Assembly (NCBI GenBank): GCA_964428555.1
Contig: CAYRYS010000008.1
Span: 2,377-66,376 of the forward strand
Direction of reading: 5' to 3'
Length of the DNA stretch: 64,000 bases
DNA from: an uncultured Spirochaetales bacterium
GTDB taxonomy: Bacteria > Spirochaetota > Spirochaetia > CAYRYS01
The translations under genes were made by a program, and so were the position numbers. The notes under the pieces were generated by a model that worked only from the letters and a program-made list of their open reading frames with translations, had not been told where the DNA came from and searched no databases. This document shows positions 19,060 to 28,237 of this stretch, in pieces (positions within the stretch are counted from its first letter, which is position 1; every line of letters starts with the position of its first letter).

Positions 19060-20700
19060 GTGATAACAGCTAGTAATATCTCACTTTCTTACGGAGAGCG
19101 ATCGCTTTTCAAGGAAGTAAACATAAAATTCACTCCGGGAAATTGTTACGGACTAATTGGAGCAAACGGCTCTGGAAAATCTACGTTTCTGAAAATTCTT
19201 TCTGGAGATTTAGAGCCTGATACAGGCGATATTATTGTCCCAAAGGATATGCGGATCGCTGTCTTAAAACAGGACCAATTTGCTTTTGATCAGTACTCTG
19301 TAATGCATACAGTCATTATGGGGCATAAGAAGCTTTATGATATAATGATAGAGCGTGACGAAATTTATGCAAAAGCCGAATTCTCTGAAGAGGACGGCCT
19401 CCGTGCTGCAGAGCTGGAAGGAGAATTTTCCGAACTGAACGGCTGGGAAGCAGAGTCAGAAGCAGGAGCATTGCTCTCAGGCCTCGGCCTTCCTGAAGAC
19501 CTCCATGAGGCAAAAATGGCTGAACTTGAAGGCGGTCAAAAGGTACGGGTACTTCTTGCACAGGCATTGTTCGGAAACCCGGACATCCTCCTCCTTGACG
19601 AACCGACAAACCACCTTGACCTGGAATCTATCAACTGGTTAGAAGACTTTCTGTACAAGTTTCCAAATACCGTTATTGTTGTCAGCCATGACAGACACTT
19701 TTTGAACAAAGTATGTACCCATATTGCAGACATCGATTTCGGCAAAATCCAGCTGTATGCTGGAAATTATGACTTCTGGTACCAGGCAAGCCAGCTCATC
19801 CAGAAACAGCACAGGGACCAGGCAAAACGCAATGAGGATAAAATTGCTGAGCTAAAGTCATTTATTCAGCGCTTTGCATCCAATGCCGCAAAATCCAAGC
19901 AGGCTACTTCCAGAAAAAAACTGATTGATAAACTCAGTATAGAAGAGCTGCCAGCTACTTCCCGGCGTTTTCCATACATCAACTTCAAGCCTGAACGTGA
20001 GACAGGGAAAAAGGTCCTGGAGGTGAAAGACCTTACTGTGAGCATAGACGGAGAAACAGTACTTAAGGACTTTGACCTAACAGTAAACCCGAAGGAAAAA
20101 ATCGCTTTTGTAGGAACAAACCATACAGCAAAAACTGCATTATTTCAGGTGCTTGCAGGAGAACAGCAGCCGGACGCAGGCAGTTTTGAGTGGGGAGTAA
20201 CGATAACTCCTTCCTACTTTCCGAAGGATAATACAAAATACTTTGATGATGACATTTCCCTTGTTAACTGGCTCCGCCAATTCACCTCCGCAGATGCTGA
20301 AGAAACGTATGTTCGCGGCTTTCTCGGGAGAATGCTCTTTACTGGAGAAGAAAGCCTTAAGTCTTCGAAAGTCCTTTCAGGAGGCGAAAAAGTACGGTGT
20401 ATGCTTGCAAGAATGATGCTCTCAGGCGCAAATGCGCTTATTCTGGATGAACCGACAAACCACCTTGACCTTGAGTCGATAACAGCATTAAATAACGGCT
20501 TGCTAGATTTTCCTGAAGTACTCCTTTTTTCAACCCACGATCATCAGCTTGTCTCCTCTGTTGCTAACAGAATTATTGAGATCTGTCCAGGTGGAGTCAT
20601 TGATAGAATGATGAATTTCGAAGAATACATTGAAAGCACGGAGATTCAGGAACTACGGGACAGCCTGTACACAGACGGTCACCATAGAATTGAAATATAG
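19060..20700 (+). CDS. ABC-F family ATPase (EttA/YheS-like, two ABC domains, no transmembrane domain)
   Basis: Two Walker A motifs (GANGSGKST, GTNHTAKT...), two LSGGE signatures and an inter-domain linker. GTG start at 19060. Confidence 0.85.
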   Translation: MITASNISLSYGERSLFKEVNIKFTPGNCYGLIGANGSGKSTFLKILSGDLEPDTGDIIVPKDMRIAVLKQDQFAFDQYSVMHTVIMGHKKLYDIMIERDEIYAKAEFSEEDGLRAAELEGEFSELNGWEAESEAGALLSGLGLPEDLHEAKMAELEGGQKVRVLLAQALFGNPDILLLDEPTNHLDLESINWLEDFLYKFPNTVIVVSHDRHFLNKVCTHIADIDFGKIQLYAGNYDFWYQASQLIQKQHRDQAKRNEDKIAELKSFIQRFASNAAKSKQATSRKKLIDKLSIEELPATSRRFPYINFKPERETGKKVLEVKDLTVSIDGETVLKDFDLTVNPKEKIAFVGTNHTAKTALFQVLAGEQQPDAGSFEWGVTITPSYFPKDNTKYFDDDISLVNWLRQFTSADAEETYVRGFLGRMLFTGEESLKSSKVLSGGEKVRCMLARMMLSGANALILDEPTNHLDLESITALNNGLLDFPEVLLFSTHDHQLVSSVANRIIEICPGGVIDRMMNFEEYIESTEIQELRDSLYTDGHHRIEI

Positions 20701-20739
20701 CTGTAAAAAGAACGAATAGATACTCTTTCTCATAAGCTT

Positions 20740-20769
20740 CCATTTTTCTCCACAAATGGAGAAAAATGG
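20740..20769 (+). promoter_or_regulatory. Perfect 12-bp hairpin sequestering the ribosome-binding site and start codon of the GGDEF gene
   Basis: ccatttttctcc-acaaat-ggagaaaaatgg. Stem 2 contains GGAG (20758..20761) and the ATG (20766..20768). Confidence 0.5.
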
Positions 20770-22022
20770 TTTACAATAAAAAGCATATGGATTTTGTCTC
20801 TATAAATATTGTGTCTATCCCCTCTTTGATAGGCGCGGTTGTACTTCTTGTATTTCTCCTCTTCTCACTTACCTACTTTGCTGTTATTCACAGGCAAAAG
20901 CTGCTGCTCTTCTATGCCGGACTGCAATTTGGGCTTTTTCTTTTTGTGGGCGGCTATGGAATGTACACAACTCTATCAGATCCTCTGCTTATTAACCTTA
21001 TGACACGGATCTGCTTTACCGGTGCTGCAATAACCCCGCTTTTCTTCTATCTCTTTATCTCAGAAATAATCAGGAATAAAAGGTCCTGGCTCTTTTACAT
21101 TACCCTAGTTTTTGCCATCCTTTCAGTTATCGGGGTTTGGGCAAGCTCTAGCCTTATTATCACCAATGCTGTACAATTTCAGCCTCATAAGGGCTATTTT
21201 ACAATGGTAAAAGGCCATTTATTTCCGGTATTCTTTGCAATTAACCTCGTTCTTATTCTTTCCATATATGCATGGTTCACACAATTCTATTTCTCTAACA
21301 TGAAACAGAACAGAGTGTATCTACCTCTACTCATCAGCTTTTCAGTGTGGATTATAGCGAGCATACATGACGGTCTTGTATCCCTTCATTTATTTGACCA
21401 TCCCGCTTTACCCTGGATTGGTCCGGTGCTCATGATATGGATGATCGGCAGTTTTATCGCCCGGTTAGTGAATGCTCAGGAGCGTCGTCTTCAGGAGACA
21501 ACAAAGGCAAAGCTGGTTCTTGAAGAACGGATAAATAGGGACAGTCTGACAGGATTATTCAACAGGGACTATCTTGAAGAAATACTCAACCACGAGATAA
21601 CTAAAAAAACCAGACACGCGGTGGAGCATGCCCTTATTTTTATGGACATAGACAATTTTAAAGAAATAAATGACAATTACGGCCATGGAACTGGGGATGA
21701 AGTTTTACAATGCCTTGCTGAAATTCTTCGGTTATACTCCAGAGAAACAGATTTACCGGCAAGGTTTGCAGGGGATGAATTTGCAGTACTATTTTTGGAT
21801 TGCCCCAGAGACCAGGCTATTCGTCTTTCAACCGATATTAAAAACACTTTTCACCGGCTTTTACATGAACGTTTTTCTTTTTCACAAACAATTAAAACCG
21901 GGTTGAGTATTGGAGTACTCCCTTCAGCAAAATGGTCCTCTTCAGTTGTAGACACAATGAAAAAGGTAGACAAACGGATGTACAGAGCAAAATCTTCAGG
22001 AAAAGACCAAGTATACGGATAG
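20766..22022 (+). CDS. Membrane-anchored diguanylate cyclase (7-8 TM N-terminal domain plus GGDEF domain, A-site variant AGDEF)
   Basis: C-terminal GGDEF domain with I-site RETD and active-site RFAGDEF. Hydrophobic N-terminal 230 aa. Confidence 0.8.
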   Translation: MVYNKKHMDFVSINIVSIPSLIGAVVLLVFLLFSLTYFAVIHRQKLLLFYAGLQFGLFLFVGGYGMYTTLSDPLLINLMTRICFTGAAITPLFFYLFISEIIRNKRSWLFYITLVFAILSVIGVWASSSLIITNAVQFQPHKGYFTMVKGHLFPVFFAINLVLILSIYAWFTQFYFSNMKQNRVYLPLLISFSVWIIASIHDGLVSLHLFDHPALPWIGPVLMIWMIGSFIARLVNAQERRLQETTKAKLVLEERINRDSLTGLFNRDYLEEILNHEITKKTRHAVEHALIFMDIDNFKEINDNYGHGTGDEVLQCLAEILRLYSRETDLPARFAGDEFAVLFLDCPRDQAIRLSTDIKNTFHRLLHERFSFSQTIKTGLSIGVLPSAKWSSSVVDTMKKVDKRMYRAKSSGKDQVYG

Positions 22023-22049
22023 AAAGGAGCCCTTTTTTATCACCATGCT

Positions 22050-23621
22050 TTATCTACGCAGGTATCCCAGCTCTTTGGGCAAGACAATATTGTTTCCAAA
22101 GTCATCCTCACCATATCCGTTTTCCGCAAGAAGCTTTAAATCCTCAAGCACTCGCTTGTCTCCGCGAAATTTCACCGTTAGGTCGGTACGGATATCTATC
22201 TGACCTAACGCAAGAAAGTGTGCAATACTTCTCTTTGCAAACTCAGGAAGGCTCTCATCTCTCTGAGGTTCCAGCTCATCAAAATTAAAATTTGCGCAGT
22301 AATTTACGATTTTCTGGTTTTCCAACAGCTGAAAAAACACCCTGCGCAAGCCTTTGCGAAGATCCGATTGTTTTTCCCCTAATTTTATAATCTGTAGATC
22401 ATTTATGTATTCATAGAGTTTTCTTCTCTTTTCTGCATTAATCTTTTCATTTACCCGGAAAAGCTCCAAAGGCTGAGAAGCATCGTATTCTTCATCACCC
22501 ATAATAAGCTGCACTTCAGAACCGTAATGAAGAACGATCTTTGCTACCAAGGTTGAAGGCCGCACATGAAAACCGCGGTAGTTCGGAACAGGCACCTCCA
22601 CCTCTCCTATTTCAGCATAACGTTTTAGCATTCCCCTGCAGAGGTTCTGGGTTGCCTCGAGAAATTTATCCGAAAATGCAAGAGAAAAGTCGACAAGCAG
22701 ATTGAGGATATGTTTCTCCGATATGGGTGACTTTATTTTCGCAAACAGCCCCTTAGAATATGTCCGCAGATGGCGTTCATAATAATGAGAAAGCCCTGTG
22801 GCAATTTCCAGAAGATGAAAAATAATGGAGATATGACCACGTATAATGGGAAGATCCCGGTCCTGTATTTCTATATCTGAATTTGCTATATGGGTATCGT
22901 AAAGTGCCTGAAGGTTATGAAACTGGGCTTCATACTTTCTCAAAGCAGCCTCACTAATCAGGTTCGGAATACACCCTGCATAATCACACTGCTGCAGCCT
23001 ATTATGAATTCCAAGGAGTTCGGACTCTTCAGCAAGATTTAGAAAGGCTGTAGCAATATGGGTCACCATCTTTCCCGGTTCATCGACATGCCGTTTCTGC
23101 CGGGTAATCTCAAGCTTGCCTGAAAGCTGTGTGTCATCAAAATGCATATCAAATGATTCACCCTTATCTATATCAATACCGCATTTTTTTGAAGTACTGA
23201 TTAGCTCTCTTGCAATATTGGAGATAGTTTTATGCACTATATTTACTGCATCATCTGCTGCTTCAGGAAACTTATCTTTAATCTCAATAAGCTGATAAGA
23301 GGGTACGGTTTTTTGGATATGCATGAGAATATATGCTATGTCGCTGAAGTTTTTGGCAGCTGAGACAGCTTCCCGAAAGGAAAACCACTTATCATTACTC
23401 TTTGCACCATAAAAGTCCAGTGTTTCTTCTGTCCTGGTTGCCTCAATTTTTAAGTCTCCAAGGTATTTCCGTGATAACAATTGGAAAGAAGAGGAGTTCT
23501 TTGCACCAAACCGCGAAATTAGTAAGAGTTTTTTCACCCTCTCTGAAATAAGCGCTAAAAATTCTGACTCATCTAATATATTTGAAGAGGGATTATTTCC
23601 TGGATGCTGTTCCGGTCTCAT
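22050..23621 (-). CDS. Hypothetical 523-aa protein with an embedded HPr-like phosphocarrier domain
   Basis: GFHVRPSTLVAKIVLHYGSEVQLIMGDEEYDASQPLELF resembles HPr around His15 (GLHARPA) and Ser46. The N-terminal 330 aa are unrecognised. Confidence 0.5.
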   Translation of the reverse strand: MRPEQHPGNNPSSNILDESEFLALISERVKKLLLISRFGAKNSSSFQLLSRKYLGDLKIEATRTEETLDFYGAKSNDKWFSFREAVSAAKNFSDIAYILMHIQKTVPSYQLIEIKDKFPEAADDAVNIVHKTISNIARELISTSKKCGIDIDKGESFDMHFDDTQLSGKLEITRQKRHVDEPGKMVTHIATAFLNLAEESELLGIHNRLQQCDYAGCIPNLISEAALRKYEAQFHNLQALYDTHIANSDIEIQDRDLPIIRGHISIIFHLLEIATGLSHYYERHLRTYSKGLFAKIKSPISEKHILNLLVDFSLAFSDKFLEATQNLCRGMLKRYAEIGEVEVPVPNYRGFHVRPSTLVAKIVLHYGSEVQLIMGDEEYDASQPLELFRVNEKINAEKRRKLYEYINDLQIIKLGEKQSDLRKGLRRVFFQLLENQKIVNYCANFNFDELEPQRDESLPEFAKRSIAHFLALGQIDIRTDLTVKFRGDKRVLEDLKLLAENGYGEDDFGNNIVLPKELGYLRR

Positions 23622-23751
23622 ACAATCCCTCCTTTTTATGCTTTTCTTGTACTATGTTATAAATGATTACCATGTTACCTGTAAATTTATACGTAAGTAC
23701 CATGATAATTCAAGCCAATTTTAGAGAAATTGTAAGATTTAAACATAATTT

Positions 23752-24351
23752 TCATTCTTTTTGACTGAGTCCAATTTGATCAGCAACCTGTTTCATACCT
23801 TCGATTGTGTGAGAAATTACCTCGCTTACTTCCATGTCCATCATCTCTGCGCCTTTTTCAATAAGTTCTCTATCAGCACCAGCTGCAAAGCTTTTTTGTT
23901 TCCATTTTTTCTTAACAGATTTAACTTTCATATCCATTACACTTTTTGAAGGACGGACTAAAGCAGTTGCAGTTATCAAGCCTGTTAGCTCATCAATGGT
24001 ATAAAGTGTCTTTTCCATAATATGTTCAGGTTTCACATCTGTGCAGATACCCCACCCGTGGCTGAGGACTGCGCGGACATACTCCTGTGGCCAGTTGTTT
24101 TCCTGTAAAATCTTTTCTGTCATTTTACAATGCTGGTCCGGATACTGCTCATAGTCAAGGTCATGGATCAATCCGATAATTCCCCATTTTTCCGGATCTT
24201 CATTATACAGTTGTGCAAAATGGCGCATTACCCCTTCTACAGCGAAAGCATGGTTAAGCAGACTTTCTGATTTGTTATATTTTTTTAATAGCTCTAAAGC
24301 TTCTTCCCGTGATGGAATATGTGACATACGCCCCCCAGATAACTGATTCAT
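23752..24351 (-). CDS. HD-domain phosphohydrolase
   Basis: HAFAV...H...GLIHDLDYE metal-binding HD motif. 199 aa. Confidence 0.65.
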   Translation of the reverse strand: MNQLSGGRMSHIPSREEALELLKKYNKSESLLNHAFAVEGVMRHFAQLYNEDPEKWGIIGLIHDLDYEQYPDQHCKMTEKILQENNWPQEYVRAVLSHGWGICTDVKPEHIMEKTLYTIDELTGLITATALVRPSKSVMDMKVKSVKKKWKQKSFAAGADRELIEKGAEMMDMEVSEVISHTIEGMKQVADQIGLSQKE

Positions 24352-24580
24352 CTAACAGGTATTATGCCAAAAATACTGTTTCCTGTAAATTGATTTCTTC
24401 TCAATCGACAGTAAAGAAAAACCATTGTCTATGTATGCGGCCGAAGAGTGCAAGCAAGAATATACACTGCTTATTTACGGAAAAATGGAGATCCCTCATT
24501 TTCTCAAAACATTTTTCCTGTACTATAGAGTGTAATTATCCGATACTGTAACAAGATACTAAGAGAAAGGCGCGCACTCT

Positions 24581-26302
24581 ATGCACAAGTCCAAAGGTTT
24601 ATCTTTTTTCGCAAAAGTAGTCTTTATTAACTTATTTGTCTCCTTTTTGGGTTTTATTCATAACCAAATAATTCTTTGGATATACTCCCCCTTTTCTACC
24701 GCTTCTGTTGCACAGCGCTTTATTCATGTATTCACGCAGAACACTAGCATATTTATTTTCCTTGGCCTTGCAATACCAATCAGTATTGGAATTGCTGCTT
24801 TCATAAGTCCTGCTGAACGGGCAATCCGCGATGAAAACAAGCAAAAGCAGGCTGAGAAGCGTATAAAACAACTGCCTTTCCTGCTTGTTGCAATCTATCC
24901 CCTTGCATTTGCGCTCGGCCCGATTGTTGGAATGACATCAGCCCATAATGAAGTATTCATCGGCTATGGGGCAGCAATCATACTGACATCACTATCAACA
25001 GGGTTCTTCTGTTTTACTATCATCTACCTTAAAATTGAAGAGCATATCTTCTACATTAAGCGCGAACTTAAGATGTTTGCAATTAATGACACCAAACATC
25101 TTTTTTCTATTATTACTAAACTTCTTATTTCAGTCCTCTCCAGCGTGGCTTTGACTGTATCAATTGTTTATATGATTGGTTCTTACTATGCTATTGTAGG
25201 AAACGAAGCTGCAACAGGATCAATGCTTGTTAATGCTTTGCTTAATATTTTTATACTGCATATCCCAATTGTGTATCAGATATACCTTGCATCCGGAACA
25301 ATAATAAAATCTGTAAACCTTCTACGCCAGAACATCAATGACCTTGCAATTGGAAAGGTATCCCTAAAGTCCAGGACCCCCATCCCAAGCTATGATGAGC
25401 TTGGGCATCTTATTTCAGATTTTAACGACTTTATGGACTTTCTTACTAATGATGTAATGCTGGAGATCCAGTCATCTACAGAGGTTGTCTCAGCATCCAT
25501 TAAAGAAGTCTCTTCTGCTGCCCAAGACATTGCTGCAACATCTAATGAGCAGGCATCGAGCGCAAAAGAAATTGTGGCAACAATGGAAGATGCACAACAA
25601 CTCTCCAATTCAATTTCACAGAAGATTGATGAAGTAACCCGGGTCAGCAGACAAACCAAGGACCGGGTTGAAGAGGGATCTGATACCATTAAACAGACAC
25701 TGGATAAAATGAACCAGATCCGCGAAAGCAATGCTTCCACTATAACCGGGATCAAGACCCTTGGGGAGCAGATAGACTCTATCTGGGATATTGTCAACAT
25801 AATTAATAATATTGCTGACCAAACCAAAATCATCGCGTTTAATGCAGAGCTTGAAGCATCCTCTGCAGGAGATGTAGGAAAGAATTTTGAAATTGTTGCA
25901 TCTGAGATACGCAGACTTGCAGATAATACCGTGGAGTCAACCCAGGAAATAAAAAATAAGATAAATGAGATTGCATCTTCATCTGATAACTTAATAATGA
26001 AGTCAGAGGAAGGAACTTTGCGCGTACAGGAAGGCTGGGAATTGTCAAAAAAGGCAGGCACAGTGTTTGAAGAGATTATTGACTCCTCTGAAGTAAGTGC
26101 CCAGTCATCGGAAAATATCGCTGAATCTGTAAAACATCAAGTATCATCGTTTCAGCAGGTGCTTGCAGCAATTAAGCAGATTTCAGACGGGATAGACAGC
26201 TTCGTACAGTCAACACAGCTGACTCAATCCACAGTAAACGAGCTAAAAGCGCTTGTTGATAACCTGAACAAAATGGTAGACCGCTACCTGGCTGAAGAAT
26301 AA
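24581..26302 (+). CDS. Methyl-accepting chemotaxis protein with a polytopic membrane N-terminal domain
   Basis: C-terminal MCP signalling domain (ADQTKIIAFNAELEASSAG) and a HAMP-like segment. About 6-8 predicted TM helices in the N-terminal 300 aa. Confidence 0.85.
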   Translation: MHKSKGLSFFAKVVFINLFVSFLGFIHNQIILWIYSPFSTASVAQRFIHVFTQNTSIFIFLGLAIPISIGIAAFISPAERAIRDENKQKQAEKRIKQLPFLLVAIYPLAFALGPIVGMTSAHNEVFIGYGAAIILTSLSTGFFCFTIIYLKIEEHIFYIKRELKMFAINDTKHLFSIITKLLISVLSSVALTVSIVYMIGSYYAIVGNEAATGSMLVNALLNIFILHIPIVYQIYLASGTIIKSVNLLRQNINDLAIGKVSLKSRTPIPSYDELGHLISDFNDFMDFLTNDVMLEIQSSTEVVSASIKEVSSAAQDIAATSNEQASSAKEIVATMEDAQQLSNSISQKIDEVTRVSRQTKDRVEEGSDTIKQTLDKMNQIRESNASTITGIKTLGEQIDSIWDIVNIINNIADQTKIIAFNAELEASSAGDVGKNFEIVASEIRRLADNTVESTQEIKNKINEIASSSDNLIMKSEEGTLRVQEGWELSKKAGTVFEEIIDSSEVSAQSSENIAESVKHQVSSFQQVLAAIKQISDGIDSFVQSTQLTQSTVNELKALVDNLNKMVDRYLAEE

Positions 26303-26339
26303 CCAAACCCAAAGATTATTGACCATCGGATAAACAATA

Positions 26340-26366
26340 CTGTAGTATAAACGGGTAATACTACAG
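26340..26366 (+). other. Stem-loop between the MCP gene and hisC (possible terminator or attenuator)
   Basis: ctgtagtat-aaacgggta-atactacag, a 9-bp stem immediately upstream of the hisC AAGGAG ribosome-binding site. No clean U-tract. Confidence 0.3.
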
Positions 26367-26377
26367 AAGGAGTTTTT

Positions 26378-27436
26378 ATGCTGCTTAGGTCAAGCCTTGA
26401 ATCCATTACACCGTACAAGCCCGGAGTACTCAAACCTGGAGCAATTAAGGTTGCATCGAATGAAAACCCCCTAGGACCAAGCCCTTTGGCAATGGAAGCG
26501 TTGAGGCAGGCTATCCCGGATGTGTATCTTTACCCGGACGGAGCATGCACCATTCTCAGGGAGAAGATAGCACAGAATCACCAGGTAGATCCTGACCGGA
26601 TTATCTGCGGCAATGGCTCTGATGAACTTCTGGTTCTAAGCGCAGGCGCCTATATCGAGGAAGGCCTCAATGCTATTACATCTAAGACCACATTCTCTGA
26701 ATACACTTTTTCTGCTCTCCTTTTCGGCGGGGAGATGCGATACGCGCCATTAAAAGACGGCAGATTCGACTTACAGGCAATTTTGGATTTAGTTGATGAG
26801 AACACCAGAACAGCCTACCTATGTAACCCGAACAATCCTACAGGTACATATTATACCCAAGAGGAACTTGTGAACTTTATGAAACAAGTGCCTGAGCACG
26901 TACTTGTTGTTGTTGATGAAGCGTACAGTGAATACGTACAAGCAGACGACTTTCCTTCTTCTATAGAACTGGCAAAAAGCTATGAAAACCTGCTGATACT
27001 GCGCACATTCAGCAAGATATACGGCCTTGCAGGGCTGAGGGTCGGATACGGAATTGGAAGCACAAAAGTAATCTCCGATATGCTCAAAGCAAAAGAACCC
27101 TTCAATGTGAACCTCTTAGCTCAGAAGGCTGCTGCTGCTGCACTTGATGATACCGGCTTTGTTCAGCTCTCCAGGGATAATAATGAAAAGGGTAAAGAAT
27201 ACCTCTGTAAACAACTGGATGCAATGGATATTTTCTACTACCGGTCACAGGCGAATTTTATTTGTATGAACCTGGAGACCGAGGCATCCGAGGTTTTTCA
27301 GAAAATGATGGATCTTGGAATTACAATCCGTCCATTAAATTCCTACGGCCTTACTACCTGGATCCGAGTTACAATCGGAACCCAAGAGCAGAATGAGTTT
27401 TTTATCAAGGTTCTAAAACAGGTGCTCGGAAAATAA
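26378..27436 (+). CDS. hisC: Histidinol-phosphate aminotransferase
   Basis: Class II aminotransferase; PLP lysine context FSKIYGLAGLRVGY. 352 aa. Confidence 0.85.
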   Translation: MLLRSSLESITPYKPGVLKPGAIKVASNENPLGPSPLAMEALRQAIPDVYLYPDGACTILREKIAQNHQVDPDRIICGNGSDELLVLSAGAYIEEGLNAITSKTTFSEYTFSALLFGGEMRYAPLKDGRFDLQAILDLVDENTRTAYLCNPNNPTGTYYTQEELVNFMKQVPEHVLVVVDEAYSEYVQADDFPSSIELAKSYENLLILRTFSKIYGLAGLRVGYGIGSTKVISDMLKAKEPFNVNLLAQKAAAAALDDTGFVQLSRDNNEKGKEYLCKQLDAMDIFYYRSQANFICMNLETEASEVFQKMMDLGITIRPLNSYGLTTWIRVTIGTQEQNEFFIKVLKQVLGK

Positions 27437-27511
27437 AAAGTAATGGTATTTCCTCAGCTGAACATATACAATCCTTATATACCTACCATTAATAAAATAA
27501 GGATTTCATAA

Positions 27512-28174
27512 ATGCTGGGTGTGAACATTCTTCTTGCAGCAATTCCCTCAGTTATTATTCTCAGAATTTTTTATAAACAGGATAGAAACAGATCTGAACC
27601 GAAAGGCCTTTTGCTTCACTGTTTTTTTCTCGGCTTTCTTTCCCTACTTCCTGCGCTTGTAATTGAGTTCGGACTTATCTTCTTTGAAAGACAGCTCTCC
27701 GGCATCCTGATAATAACTTTTCGTGCATTCATTGTAGCAGGGCTTGTGGAAGAAGGGGCAAAGCTCTTTGTTGTAAAGAGCTTTATCTACCACAGGGTTG
27801 AATTTAATGAAATGACAGACGGTATTGTTTTTACCATTGCCGCAAGTCTCGGCTTTGCCTTTTTTGAAAACCTTTTTTACTCCTTCGGGCCGCCGAGTGT
27901 ACTAATAATCCGCGGGTTGACAGCTGTGCCTCTTCATGCAATTTCTGCTGGAATACTCGGGTACTATATCGGGTATGCAAAATTCACTGCCTCTTTTCAT
28001 ATGAGAAAAGGATTATTCCTGGCTGTATTAGTGCACGGCTTTTACGATTTTTTCTTGTTCCTAGGCCCTGCGTTCTCCTTTCTCGTATTCCCGCTCCTAA
28101 TTTTCTCCGGCTTTTGGCTAAAAGCCTTGTGGCAAAAAGCTATCCATGCTGATAAAGAGGCAGAGAGGGTATAG
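27512..28174 (+). CDS. PrsW-family intramembrane metalloprotease
   Basis: EEGAK, FENLFY and HGFYDF motifs in a multi-TM protein. Confidence 0.65.
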   Translation: MLGVNILLAAIPSVIILRIFYKQDRNRSEPKGLLLHCFFLGFLSLLPALVIEFGLIFFERQLSGILIITFRAFIVAGLVEEGAKLFVVKSFIYHRVEFNEMTDGIVFTIAASLGFAFFENLFYSFGPPSVLIIRGLTAVPLHAISAGILGYYIGYAKFTASFHMRKGLFLAVLVHGFYDFFLFLGPAFSFLVFPLLIFSGFWLKALWQKAIHADKEAERV

Positions 28175-28237
28175 GTCTAACTTTCTAATTATCAGTACTG
28201 TTAATAATACTGCTCCTACTTTTTGTTGCCTTTGTAA

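Noticed and set aside
22020-22050. Short aaagg-agc-ccttt hairpin with T-run between the convergent GGDEF and HPr-domain genes
   Set aside because: The stem is only 5 bp. It is too weak to call a terminator confidently.
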